Made by a program: the position numbers and the translations under genes. The notes below the pieces were generated by a model. That model made no database searches and was not told where the DNA came from. It worked only from the letters and a program-made list of their open reading frames with translations. From Elusimicrobiota bacterium (GTDB taxonomy: Bacteria > Elusimicrobiota > Elusimicrobia > 2-02-FULL-39-32), in assembly GCA_016180425.1 (NCBI GenBank), contig JACPBF010000001.1, forward strand, positions 76,744-140,743: DNA of 64,000 nucleotides, in the 5' to 3' direction. This document shows positions 39,269 through 49,041 of this stretch, one piece after another (the stretch's first letter is position 1; each line of letters starts with the position of its first letter).

Positions 39269-40093
39269 ATGCTAAAAATTATCTGTTTAATACGCCCTGA
39301 ACCAAATCTCATCTATTTTGTAAACAAAATAAACAAACAGCATAAAGTCTCTTTAGTGATTGTAGAGTCTCGATCAATAAAATATAAATTATTAAAAAAA
39401 ATTAAGAAACATGGTTTTGTGGGTACCTGTGAAATAATCCTGAACAAGATTAATTTTAGGATGAAATGCAAAGAACATGAAGACAATTACAAAAATTTTT
39501 TCGATACCCGATGGAAAACAATTGACAAAGATATTCCAGCATTAAATACCACTGATGTAAACGATCAGGTTATCTATGAACGACTCCTAAAGGAACGTCC
39601 AGATATCATCCTAGTTCATGGCACATCGCTGGTAGAAGATCGAATTATTGAAAGAGCGAAAACTGCGCTAAATTTACATTGGGGGCTTGCCCCGTATTAC
39701 AGAGGCTCGCAATGCACCGAATGGGCACTTATAAACTATGACCCTTATAACATTGGTGTGACAATCCATCAACTGGATAAAAGAATTGATGGAGGCGCTA
39801 TCTTTGCGCAAGAACGAATATTGCCCAAACCAAACGATACCGTTCATTCGCTCAATATTCAACTCACAAAACTTGGAACGGAATTGATTCTACGAGCTAT
39901 TGACAAATTAAAATCAGGCGAAAAACTTCATTTTGTAAATCAAGACTTATCATCAGGTTTTCTTTATCTCAATAGACACTGGAATAGATACTTATATAGA
40001 TACATCAAAAATATGGAAAAAGAAAATATGATTTCCCTGATGCTTGAACATCCCTCAAAGAAACAAAAGTTGCCTATCGTTAAATTAACCTGA
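39269..40093 (+). CDS. Formyltransferase-family protein
   Basis: LNLHWGLAPYYRG, GVTIH, IDGG. Confidence 0.85.
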   Translation: MLKIICLIRPEPNLIYFVNKINKQHKVSLVIVESRSIKYKLLKKIKKHGFVGTCEIILNKINFRMKCKEHEDNYKNFFDTRWKTIDKDIPALNTTDVNDQVIYERLLKERPDIILVHGTSLVEDRIIERAKTALNLHWGLAPYYRGSQCTEWALINYDPYNIGVTIHQLDKRIDGGAIFAQERILPKPNDTVHSLNIQLTKLGTELILRAIDKLKSGEKLHFVNQDLSSGFLYLNRHWNRYLYRYIKNMEKENMISLMLEHPSKKQKLPIVKLT

Positions 40094-40206
40094 TCTGAGC
40101 GACAAATGGCAGTTTGAAATACACGATGAATGGCATGGTAATAAAATTTTGTAAAGAAAAAGACCCTAAGAAAAAATAGTAATAGAAATGACTTTCAGTA
40201 TAAAAA

Positions 40207-40977
40207 CTAAATGCCGGATAGTTGCAAAAGTTCCCGGCCAAATGCCCAGGCAAAGGAAATTAACATTCCTAATAGAGGACCAATGAAGAGCGATATTCTA
40301 AAATTTGGTTTCAGGGGTCTATCGGCATAGCTTGCAGGAGCCTCAATTCTTGTTCGATACGTTTTTAGCTCCCCTTCCTGCCCCAAGAGAGCAAGTTCAT
40401 GATAAGCCCTTCTTGATTCCTTTTCTTCTAACAATAACATCATCTGCGTTTGGGACGATAAACCAGAAGAGCTCAGGCTCTTTAGCCGAGCTCTAAGCGA
40501 TTCAATCTCTCTATTGAGCTCTACAATCTGACTTCTTAAATAATCTGTTCTCCTTAATAATTCCTGCCCCAACATCTCTTCGTGTCTCTCCACCAATAGG
40601 GTGGCGCAAACCTCAGCGATTTTCTTTGCCTCTTCAGGAGTCTCGCCAAAAGCGTCAACTCTTAAAAGACCGTTGAGATCTATTAACTTAATCTTTGCTT
40701 TAATCTTTTTATAATCTGTTTGGGGAACATCAAGTTTTTGCGCAATCTTCTTTAGGAAATATTCCTGATTAAAAAGCATAATGACTGTTTGACTGTTTTC
40801 ATTAAAAAAATTCTGTATGGCACTCCCGATTTTTAAAATAACAGATGATTGATAAAGTCTGGGTGAATAAAGGTGCCATAACATTGTTAAAAAAATGGTT
40901 CCAGAAAAAATAAAAAACATTTCTTTTATCCGCTTTTTAAAAATCTCTCTAAGATCAAAAGTGATATTATTCATCAA
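40207..40977 (-). CDS. Wzz-like polysaccharide chain-length / co-polymerase protein
   Basis: Two terminal TM helices, central coiled coil, P-rich motif before TM2. Confidence 0.7.
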   Translation of the reverse strand: MMNNITFDLREIFKKRIKEMFFIFSGTIFLTMLWHLYSPRLYQSSVILKIGSAIQNFFNENSQTVIMLFNQEYFLKKIAQKLDVPQTDYKKIKAKIKLIDLNGLLRVDAFGETPEEAKKIAEVCATLLVERHEEMLGQELLRRTDYLRSQIVELNREIESLRARLKSLSSSGLSSQTQMMLLLEEKESRRAYHELALLGQEGELKTYRTRIEAPASYADRPLKPNFRISLFIGPLLGMLISFAWAFGRELLQLSGI

Positions 40978-41033
40978 GATCCTCCATGCTTTTGTTCATT
41001 TTCTTTTTAGTTTTTGCGCTCAGCCAAAGCAAT

Positions 41034-41990
41034 TTAATATTTCTTATATTTTTCATTCATCTTTCTGTATTTATAGATATAAAACATTGAAAAAATTTTT
41101 GTCTGAATCCTTAAGAAGAAAAGCCTTGGATAGAATAGATGGGCAATTAAAATCAGCATCTGCCCAATATAGAAATTAAAATATTTTAACCTTGTCCCCT
41201 GCCTATACAAATAAGAAAAAACCCGATTATCAGCAACTCTCTGATATTTGCTGACAGCTTCTTTTCCAGTTAACCTCATAAAAAAATAGGTGGCGATATT
41301 TAAAGAATTTTGAATATCCGTAGGGCGATGGATAAGACTTAGAGAGTTGGCTGATAAACGATATTTCACCAGCGGCTGTTTTAAATTAGCTGCCTCTCCT
41401 TTTAAAAAAAGACGTGACCATAGTTCCAGATCTTCTGTTTGAGAAAAACTTTCGTTATATTGGGTCCCATTTCTAAATACCGCAGAAGAATGCATGATGG
41501 GATTATTGCCCTTTAAAATCCAAAATCCTATCTCTTTTTTGCTTAAAGGGTAATGGCTCTGCCCTATCAAATTCCCATCCTCATTTATAAAAAACACCTG
41601 TGTCCCCAAGAGACAAAGTTCAGGCTGTTTCTTAAAAAGTTCCATCTGAATTTTAAGTTTATCTCTTTCCCACAAATCTCCGCTGTCAATACGGGCGATA
41701 TATTTTCCATTAGATTTTGACAGCCCAAGGTTTAAAGAACGCACAAATCCGATTTTGAATTCATTATAAAGATAAACAAGCCTTGAATCTGACTTTTGCA
41801 AACGTTTAATGATCAATGAACTTTCATTTTCTGAAACATCCTCTACAAGCAGGACTTCAAAATTTTGAAAAGACTGGTTTAAAATACTTTGTATCGTTTC
41901 CTCAATTCTATTCCCTTCATTATAGATACTGATAACAACACTTACTGATGGTTGATCTTTAACCAATTGCAGTTTACCAAGAACTAACAA
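41034..41990 (-). CDS. GT2 glycosyltransferase
   Basis: SVVISIYNE, SLNLGL, YIARIDSGD, EDLELW; start uncertain. Confidence 0.85.
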   Translation of the reverse strand: MLVLGKLQLVKDQPSVSVVISIYNEGNRIEETIQSILNQSFQNFEVLLVEDVSENESSLIIKRLQKSDSRLVYLYNEFKIGFVRSLNLGLSKSNGKYIARIDSGDLWERDKLKIQMELFKKQPELCLLGTQVFFINEDGNLIGQSHYPLSKKEIGFWILKGNNPIMHSSAVFRNGTQYNESFSQTEDLELWSRLFLKGEAANLKQPLVKYRLSANSLSLIHRPTDIQNSLNIATYFFMRLTGKEAVSKYQRVADNRVFSYLYRQGTRLKYFNFYIGQMLILIAHLFYPRLFFLRIQTKIFSMFYIYKYRKMNEKYKKY

Positions 41991-42113
41991 AAATCATGAA
42001 AAGTTTATCTCTGTTAAAAAGCTTCACTTTGTGATAGTGATACCACTCATAGATCTATATAAGGGTGAGCATGATACGAATGATATTATATAGTATTATC
42101 ATTACATATTAAA

Positions 42114-43052
42114 ATGGATGCCGATAATTTAAGAAAAATTGAGTTTCTCCAATTGGCGAATAAGGCCAATCAACTTCAAGATCTTTATTATAAAAAACAC
42201 GGAGGGCCTGGCCCTTGGAAGAAACTGGTCCGGCTCTACATATGGAAGCTAAAATACCTTCATTACATGGCTGCCATGCTTGGAATTTCTAAACGGGATG
42301 TGCCCATTACCACTTTTTGGGGCAAACGAATTTTTTTGCCCCTGAGCGATCGGGAAACAACCCCTCTTTATTTTACGGGAACTCTTGCGCGAGAAGAGCA
42401 ACCCCTGACTAAATTTTTAATAAAGGAATTCAAAAAAAATGATGTTTTTTACGATATCGGAGCAAATTTTGGATTCTATACGATGCTGGCTGAAGAATTC
42501 ATAACAGATGGTGAAATTCATTCTTTTGAACCAAATCCAAAAACATTTTTTTATCTACAAAGAGCATGTGCTGCTTCCAAAAATAATATATTTCTAAATT
42601 ATTGTGCCCTTACCCATCAAAAAGATAATGTTCCATTTTTTATACCAGGGGGGGATACCCGAAGCGGTGGATCTACTACCAGTCAAGAAGTAGCTGAAAA
42701 ATATTTCACAGAGATCAATAAAACGATGGTCAAATCCCTGGCATTAGATGATTATGTCCATTCGCATCGTTCGCCCACGATTTTGAAGCTGGATATTGAA
42801 GGTGGAGAATGTAATTTTTTGAAAGGAGCCGCACAAACTTTAAAAAAAAAACAACCAGTCATTGTGATGGAAATCTGGACAGGCGCTAAAGGGATAGATT
42901 ATTCACTCAAAGCAGCCCAAAAACTATATGAAGCAGGTTATAAGCCCTATAGCATAAACTTTGATGGCGAGCTGGAAAAATTGGAAAAAATAGAGCCGCA
43001 ATATAATACCGCTCATTTAGAGGCGATAAATTTCGTATTCAAAAAAGCATGA
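42114..43052 (+). CDS. FkbM-family methyltransferase (paralog of 33589)
   Basis: LTKFLI, DIGANFGFYT, SFEPN, KLDIEGGE, VMEIW, NFVFKK. Confidence 0.88.
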   Translation: MDADNLRKIEFLQLANKANQLQDLYYKKHGGPGPWKKLVRLYIWKLKYLHYMAAMLGISKRDVPITTFWGKRIFLPLSDRETTPLYFTGTLAREEQPLTKFLIKEFKKNDVFYDIGANFGFYTMLAEEFITDGEIHSFEPNPKTFFYLQRACAASKNNIFLNYCALTHQKDNVPFFIPGGDTRSGGSTTSQEVAEKYFTEINKTMVKSLALDDYVHSHRSPTILKLDIEGGECNFLKGAAQTLKKKQPVIVMEIWTGAKGIDYSLKAAQKLYEAGYKPYSINFDGELEKLEKIEPQYNTAHLEAINFVFKKA

Positions 43053-43054
43053 TT

Positions 43055-44134
43055 CTAGAGCTGGGATTGGAATAAATATTCTGTAAACCGTTCTGCGGCA
43101 TTAGTGGTCACATGCCATATATCCTCGTACTCATCTGTAGAAAACTGATAACACTTCGATCGAGGAATAAAACGCACACAATTAAATTTTTTCTCAAGCT
43201 TAGCTAAATGTTGATTTGTAATTGAATTTAATAAAAGCATTTTTTCAGAATAATAAAATGGATGATATTGACCTTCAATAATAATCACTTTAATTTGATG
43301 GCTTTCACAAAAACGAATAAAATTTTCAAGTAAAATCAGATTGATTGCTATTGCATCCCGGTTGAAACTTTCCTCATATTTTTTAATGAGCTCTGCATCG
43401 GGCTTCATCCAATTATTCTCATTTTCAAAATGCCTGACAATCCCCTTGCTTCTCGCTAATCGAGAGAGAAATGATTTAAACACAAAAGAGTATTTGTGCT
43501 CCGGAAACAACTCGCTTATCAAGGCACTTACCATCATTTTCTTAAAATCCCTCCAAAAAAAACGATAGGGATAAACCATTTTAAATAATTTGAATAATCT
43601 ACTTTTTTGAGCAGGAGCGATTCGAATAAGTTCCAAGGAAGGAATCTTGGCCAGATCGTATTCACAAAGAAATAAAAGAAAGTTATGCGGTTTTATACTT
43701 TTAATATAAGATTCATAAAGGAAAAAATCAAGTGGGGAAAAACCTGCCATTGCAAATAATTTATTATGTTCGTTTTTTAAAAAAAAATCGTTCCCAAAAA
43801 TTTTATTTACCTGGCTGGACCCAACGGCAAGATAATCAACAGGCCCTTTGATCTCCTTAATTTTATATTTATTTTTTTCATAATACAGAACACTTGACTG
43901 CCTAAATCCGATATGTCCCTGATCGTTGTCTAATAACCGAAGATATATGGCCCAAGCGAATGAATTTCCAAAAAGCATCAGTCGCGCAAAAAAGATAAAA
44001 AATAATAAAGTCCAAATATTGTCATGCCACAGACCCCAACCCCGTTTTCTGATCGCTGAAAAGAAAATAGCTAAAACAGCAAAACCTATGACTATTGTCA
44101 CATAGTATGGATCGCAGTAAAAATTTCTTAACAA
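43055..44134 (-). CDS. SGNH-like partner of MBOAT (AlgJ/PatB/DltD-like)
   Basis: N-terminal TMs, GSSQ, C-terminal DIWH; directly downstream of MBOAT gene. Confidence 0.55.
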   Translation of the reverse strand: MLRNFYCDPYYVTIVIGFAVLAIFFSAIRKRGWGLWHDNIWTLLFFIFFARLMLFGNSFAWAIYLRLLDNDQGHIGFRQSSVLYYEKNKYKIKEIKGPVDYLAVGSSQVNKIFGNDFFLKNEHNKLFAMAGFSPLDFFLYESYIKSIKPHNFLLFLCEYDLAKIPSLELIRIAPAQKSRLFKLFKMVYPYRFFWRDFKKMMVSALISELFPEHKYSFVFKSFLSRLARSKGIVRHFENENNWMKPDAELIKKYEESFNRDAIAINLILLENFIRFCESHQIKVIIIEGQYHPFYYSEKMLLLNSITNQHLAKLEKKFNCVRFIPRSKCYQFSTDEYEDIWHVTTNAAERFTEYLFQSQL

Positions 44135-44147
44135 GGTATTTAAAGTT

Positions 44148-45578
44148 CTAAAACTGAAAATAGATAAACTCCTTTTCGTTAAATTCTCCCCAAATCAACA
44201 AAAAATAAAATATTGATAAACAAACCAGCCATCTTATGAGCGGCGGCCAATCAAAAAGAACCATCAAATTATTTTTCATTTTCTGTATGATATGCATGAA
44301 GAGTAATGGCGCACTATAAAAAATTAGTTGAACACTCTCATATCTTATGGCGGGCAGACTTAAATCAAAATTATATATCATTGCTTTTAGCATTTCATAA
44401 ACCTGAGCAGCCGACCCGGCTCTAAAAAACAGCCAGCCAAAACAGACAAGATGGAAAAAAAACACCACTTTAACTCCCCTCCAAAGTAAATTTGTATAAA
44501 TTGGGTTCCCTGAGAAGCTCTTATGAAAAAAACTGTTACAAATCCTGTGAAGCACCAAAAGGAGCCCGTGATAAATCCCCCAAAGGAAAAAAAGCCAGGA
44601 ACTGCCATGCCAAAAACCTGCCAGTCCCATTGTGATTAAGAGATTCTTGTAAGTCCTAATTCCTCCTAGTCTATTCCCACCCAAGGGAATATAAACATAA
44701 TCTTTAAACCAATTTGAAAGGCTAATGTGCCAAGAACCCCAGAACTCCCTCGGATTTTTGGAAAAATAAGGGATGTTGAAATTCACCATAATATCGAATC
44801 CCATGCACTTTCCTAGCCCGCGGGCGATATCTGAATAACCGCAAAAATCCGTTAATATCTGAAAAGAAAAAGCATAAAGAGCTAAAAGTACTTCCGCTCC
44901 ATTATATGGCGCTTGGGAAGAAAATTGAGCTTGAACTATTTTGGCAAGGTTATCCGCGACAAATGATTTTTGAAATAACCCCCATAAAATAAGATAAGCT
45001 CCCTGATGGATTCCCAGCCGATTTAATTTTCTTGGAGACATAATCTGCGGCAGAAGATGGGAGGCTCGTTCAATGGGTCCTGCAACAAGTTGGGGAAAAA
45101 AGCAAATATAGAGCAGCAAATCAGAAAGATGACTCACCGGGATGATTGTTCTTCTATAGACATCCATCGTATAACTCATGATCTGAAAGGTATAAAAGGA
45201 AATTCCCACAGGCAATATAATGGAGTCCATATAATAAATCGGAATAGTGATATGTAATAAATTCGCCAGATTTTGAATATTATCAGCAAAGAAGTTAAAA
45301 TACTTGAAAAAACCAAGGACCAACAAGGTAGAACACAAACCTATAGAAAGAAAGACTTTTTGTTTTAGGTTAGAACTTGTTTGATAAATTTTAAGGGAAC
45401 AATAAAAATTCGTGATCACTGAAAATAATAAAAGCGATAAAAACTTCCAATTCCATGACCCATAAAAAATCAGTGAAGCAATCAGCAACATTCTATTTTG
45501 CCATCTATGTCTAAGAACAATGTAGAGGCAATAAACAATTACAAAAAAGAGCGCAAATTCAAGCGAATTAAACAGCAC
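44148..45578 (-). CDS. MBOAT O-acyltransferase (AlgI/PatA/DltB family)
   Basis: MLFNS, PVGISFYTFQ, FPQLVAGPI, DFCGYSDIA, WHISLS, GFWHG, FIYFQF. Confidence 0.93.
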   Translation of the reverse strand: MLFNSLEFALFFVIVYCLYIVLRHRWQNRMLLIASLIFYGSWNWKFLSLLLFSVITNFYCSLKIYQTSSNLKQKVFLSIGLCSTLLVLGFFKYFNFFADNIQNLANLLHITIPIYYMDSIILPVGISFYTFQIMSYTMDVYRRTIIPVSHLSDLLLYICFFPQLVAGPIERASHLLPQIMSPRKLNRLGIHQGAYLILWGLFQKSFVADNLAKIVQAQFSSQAPYNGAEVLLALYAFSFQILTDFCGYSDIARGLGKCMGFDIMVNFNIPYFSKNPREFWGSWHISLSNWFKDYVYIPLGGNRLGGIRTYKNLLITMGLAGFWHGSSWLFFLWGIYHGLLLVLHRICNSFFHKSFSGNPIYTNLLWRGVKVVFFFHLVCFGWLFFRAGSAAQVYEMLKAMIYNFDLSLPAIRYESVQLIFYSAPLLFMHIIQKMKNNLMVLFDWPPLIRWLVCLSIFYFLLIWGEFNEKEFIYFQF

Positions 45579-45673
45579 CTTATATCATCTCCACAATCAA
45601 AGTTAAAATAATATTGGTATTATAATATTAAAAAGAACATAAACATAAAAATGGAGGCGGTTCAATCAATAGC

Positions 45674-46582
45674 ATATCCGTACTTATAAATACAAAAGAT
45701 CGTCCAAAAACTTTATTCCGCTCTTTAGAAAGCGTAGTAATACAAAATTATTCCGAACTAGAAATATTGGTTTTAGATGATCACCCAAATGCATGCGTTT
45801 GTAATGCGACTTTAAATAAATTTAAAAACTCCAAAATTCACACTTTTCATTCAGGCCACTCATTAGGGGTTGCAGAAGGACGCAACTATCTTATGCGGCG
45901 GGCAAAAGGAGAAATCTTTTGCATATTGGACGACGATGCTTATTTTGCCAACAGTACTTGTATTACAAATATCTTGAATGCGCTAGAGAGTTATCCAGCT
46001 ACTGGTATCTTAGCTTGTAAAATTATTGACTTCAGAAACAATAGAGAAAACCTATTGGTACCATTCAGTAAACTTCACTTAAAAATTAATCCCTATCTCA
46101 TTAACCAAGATCATCTGGTATCCTACTATCTTGGCGGCTGTCATGCGATCCGTAAAACAGTACTAGAAAAATGCGGATATTATTACAACAACTTCAAATT
46201 CGGAGAGGAAGAGTTAGATCTTTCTTATAGAGCTCTCCAGGCCGGATTTCAGATTTTATATACCCCCAAAGCAGTAGCCTACCATTCTCCTGATGATCAG
46301 CGCGATCATCTTCCGATCTTTAACAATAAGTCAAAACTTTATTACCATACCAGAAATCGTCTCTATTTAGCTTATAAATATCTCCCGTGGATATATGTTC
46401 CCTCTTATTTGACTATATGGTTAAATATTTTTGCAGCCATTTCAATCAAAAAGAGGAAAATCAAAGAGTATCTCAATGGATTAGCAGATGGGCTCTCCAG
46501 CTTAAAAAATATAAAGCGCACTCCTCTTGCGCCCTCTACGATCCAATACCTTAAAAAGAATTATGGGAGATTATGGTATTAA
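45674..46582 (+). CDS. GT2 glycosyltransferase (5' end unresolved)
   Basis: Frame open from 45632; ISVLINTKDR...ILVLDD precedes the track's TTG; GRN, LDDD, GEEELD. Confidence 0.75.
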   Translation: MSVLINTKDRPKTLFRSLESVVIQNYSELEILVLDDHPNACVCNATLNKFKNSKIHTFHSGHSLGVAEGRNYLMRRAKGEIFCILDDDAYFANSTCITNILNALESYPATGILACKIIDFRNNRENLLVPFSKLHLKINPYLINQDHLVSYYLGGCHAIRKTVLEKCGYYYNNFKFGEEELDLSYRALQAGFQILYTPKAVAYHSPDDQRDHLPIFNNKSKLYYHTRNRLYLAYKYLPWIYVPSYLTIWLNIFAAISIKKRKIKEYLNGLADGLSSLKNIKRTPLAPSTIQYLKKNYGRLWY

Positions 46583-47855
46583 AGATTTAAATAGCTGTAT
46601 CAATTTTAAAAAAAGGGGTTCTGAGTTGAATATCCGTCTCTTCATTCCAATTTTATTTGTATGTTTGTTCTTCCTTACCTTATATACATACAGTTTTAAT
46701 ACTTTTAATATGGCCGGGCTCAAAATTGCAGGGTGGGATTATCTTCTAATCATATTGATTCCGCTTTGGCACTTGTACTTCAAAAACAAAAAAATTTCTA
46801 TGACTAAACGTTCCTTTGTTTCAATTTTTATTGTATTGCTCTTTTCCATATGGATAGGAATTGAAGCCTTTAGATCTATTCAACCTGTTAGAGGCTTAAC
46901 CCTGTTTCTGATGATGATCAGGAACCTATTGATATTTGTAATGGCTGGCTCATTAATAGAATCCTTTGAAAACATGGAACTTCTTAATTTCTTTCTCTTT
47001 CTCTTTGGCGCGCTATTTGCTGTAATCAATTTGCTATTTTTTTTGGTTCCACTTCATGACTATGATGCAATTCGATCAAATCAACAACTTGTGATCCCGG
47101 GAGCAGTTTACATGGTACACAAAAATGTTCTCCGTTTGGTCGGATTTGCAAGAGATCCTAATTTCTATTCTCTCTGGATCTCTATTCCATTTTTTGCCGG
47201 ATTCACCTTAAAACGCCGCCACTGGATTAAGTGGACCGGCATTACTCTCATAGGCCTGACGATTCTCCTCGCCGCATCCAGAAGCTTCCTGATAGGATTT
47301 TGTTTCTCAATGATCCTGATCATCCTTCTAAAAATAATAGCCCATAGTGGATTTTCTTTTTTCTATGAACGGAGTCACCCCTATATTAAAACGATTCTGT
47401 CTGTTATTTCCCTGGCTGCACTTTTTGAATGGTTCCGGTTGTTAAAACTGGGAGATTCGATTCCAATGATCAGCCAACGTTTTAATACAGAATTTTTCTA
47501 CACCCGACTCTTGGCATGGAAAACATTGCTAGAGGACGGGCATGGTAGCTTTTTTTTAGGCACAGGATTACGCGGCACAGAATGGATTCTTAATGATTTT
47601 TACTCTCATAATTCTTATCTTGATATCCAAATAGAACTGGGGCTGATTGGTCTATTACTCTGGATAGGTTTAACTATTTTTGCAACTATTCAAGGAATAC
47701 GAAAACTAAAGGTAGATGCCTATCTGCCATGGATACAATGTTGGTTTATTCTTTTAACCATGCTTTTCACTTTTTCTTTGACATATCACCCATTTTACTG
47801 GTTGTTATGTACCATCCTCATTTCTCCTATAAAGGGGAAGAATGAACCAGCTTAA
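46527..47855 (+). CDS. Wzy/O-antigen ligase-family membrane protein (polymerase candidate)
   Basis: About 11 TMs, DPNFY, ASRS, SHNSYLDIQIELGLIG; true start may be downstream. Confidence 0.75.
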   Translation: MRPLRSNTLKRIMGDYGIKDLNSCINFKKRGSELNIRLFIPILFVCLFFLTLYTYSFNTFNMAGLKIAGWDYLLIILIPLWHLYFKNKKISMTKRSFVSIFIVLLFSIWIGIEAFRSIQPVRGLTLFLMMIRNLLIFVMAGSLIESFENMELLNFFLFLFGALFAVINLLFFLVPLHDYDAIRSNQQLVIPGAVYMVHKNVLRLVGFARDPNFYSLWISIPFFAGFTLKRRHWIKWTGITLIGLTILLAASRSFLIGFCFSMILIILLKIIAHSGFSFFYERSHPYIKTILSVISLAALFEWFRLLKLGDSIPMISQRFNTEFFYTRLLAWKTLLEDGHGSFFLGTGLRGTEWILNDFYSHNSYLDIQIELGLIGLLLWIGLTIFATIQGIRKLKVDAYLPWIQCWFILLTMLFTFSLTYHPFYWLLCTILISPIKGKNEPA

Positions 47856-49041
47856 CCCCAAGAAAATTCTGATCCTTTACTCGCGTTTGCCATGGCCTTT
47901 AATTAGCGGAGACAGAATGAGAGTCTATTATATGAGCAAAATCCTGGCCAAAAAATACAAGGTTGATTTAGTCTGTATCAGCGAGGGTAACGGAAAGACT
48001 GATATCCCACCAACTTTAAAAGAACTATTCAACCATATTCAAATATTCTATTTTTCCAAGGCAAGATCAAGTTTAAATGCGGCTTTGGGGCTGTTCTCGA
48101 ATAAACCTTTACAAGTACATTATTATTATTTTAAACCTATCCAAAATTGGATCAATCTAAATTATAAAAATTATGCATGGATCTTTTGCAATCATATTCG
48201 CATGAGCGATTACGTAAAAAGAACCCCAATTAAAAAAATTATTGATTTTCACGATGCGTTATCCGAGAATTATTCCCAGGCCCGGTATTACTCAAGCGGG
48301 CTTTGGAAGCATATTTACCGCATTGAAAAGAATAGAGTCGCGAAATACGAATCTGAAATGCTAGAACGATTTGATCTTGGCATTGTAACTTCCCAATCAG
48401 ACAAAAATGCCCTGGAAAAAATTGACAAAAACCACCTTAGGAAAATTGACGTGATTCCCATGGGCATAAAGGAAGAGTTAGTCCATAGAAACCAGGTTGT
48501 AGCAGAGGAAAATCTAATTAGTTTTCTTGGAAAATTAGATTACCCACCCAATGAAGACGCTGTTCTTTTTTTCGCCAAACAGGTATTCCCTCTGATAAAA
48601 AAAAATCTAGAGTCTATTGGGTTTTATATTTTAGGCTATTCGCCTACAAGAAAAATTCTCTCGTTAGGAAAAGAGGTTGGTATTAAAATCATCGGATATT
48701 CGGAGGATCCATATACTTACATAGAAAAATCAAAAATAGTGGTCGCACCAGTACGTTATGGGACTGGAATACAAAATAAAATCCTGGAAAGCATGTGTTT
48801 AGGAAAAACAGTCATCACAACACCCATTGGAGCTTCTGGAATACCAAACGCAATCAATGGAGAACACTTAATCATTAATGATTTTCAGAATCCAGAGACA
48901 GCCTCAAAACAGATAATTAATCTTATTATCCAAAAAGAGATGCGAGATCAAATTGGAAAAAATGCAAGGAAACTAATACTTGAAAATTATACCTGGGAAC
49001 TGATTGGCAATCGTCTTCTTTCCTTACTAAATGAGCCATGA
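47842..49041 (+). CDS. GT4 glycosyltransferase
   Basis: PWPLISGD, GKLDYPPN, GTGIQNKILE. Confidence 0.88.
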   Translation: MNQLNPKKILILYSRLPWPLISGDRMRVYYMSKILAKKYKVDLVCISEGNGKTDIPPTLKELFNHIQIFYFSKARSSLNAALGLFSNKPLQVHYYYFKPIQNWINLNYKNYAWIFCNHIRMSDYVKRTPIKKIIDFHDALSENYSQARYYSSGLWKHIYRIEKNRVAKYESEMLERFDLGIVTSQSDKNALEKIDKNHLRKIDVIPMGIKEELVHRNQVVAEENLISFLGKLDYPPNEDAVLFFAKQVFPLIKKNLESIGFYILGYSPTRKILSLGKEVGIKIIGYSEDPYTYIEKSKIVVAPVRYGTGIQNKILESMCLGKTVITTPIGASGIPNAINGEHLIINDFQNPETASKQIINLIIQKEMRDQIGKNARKLILENYTWELIGNRLLSLLNEP

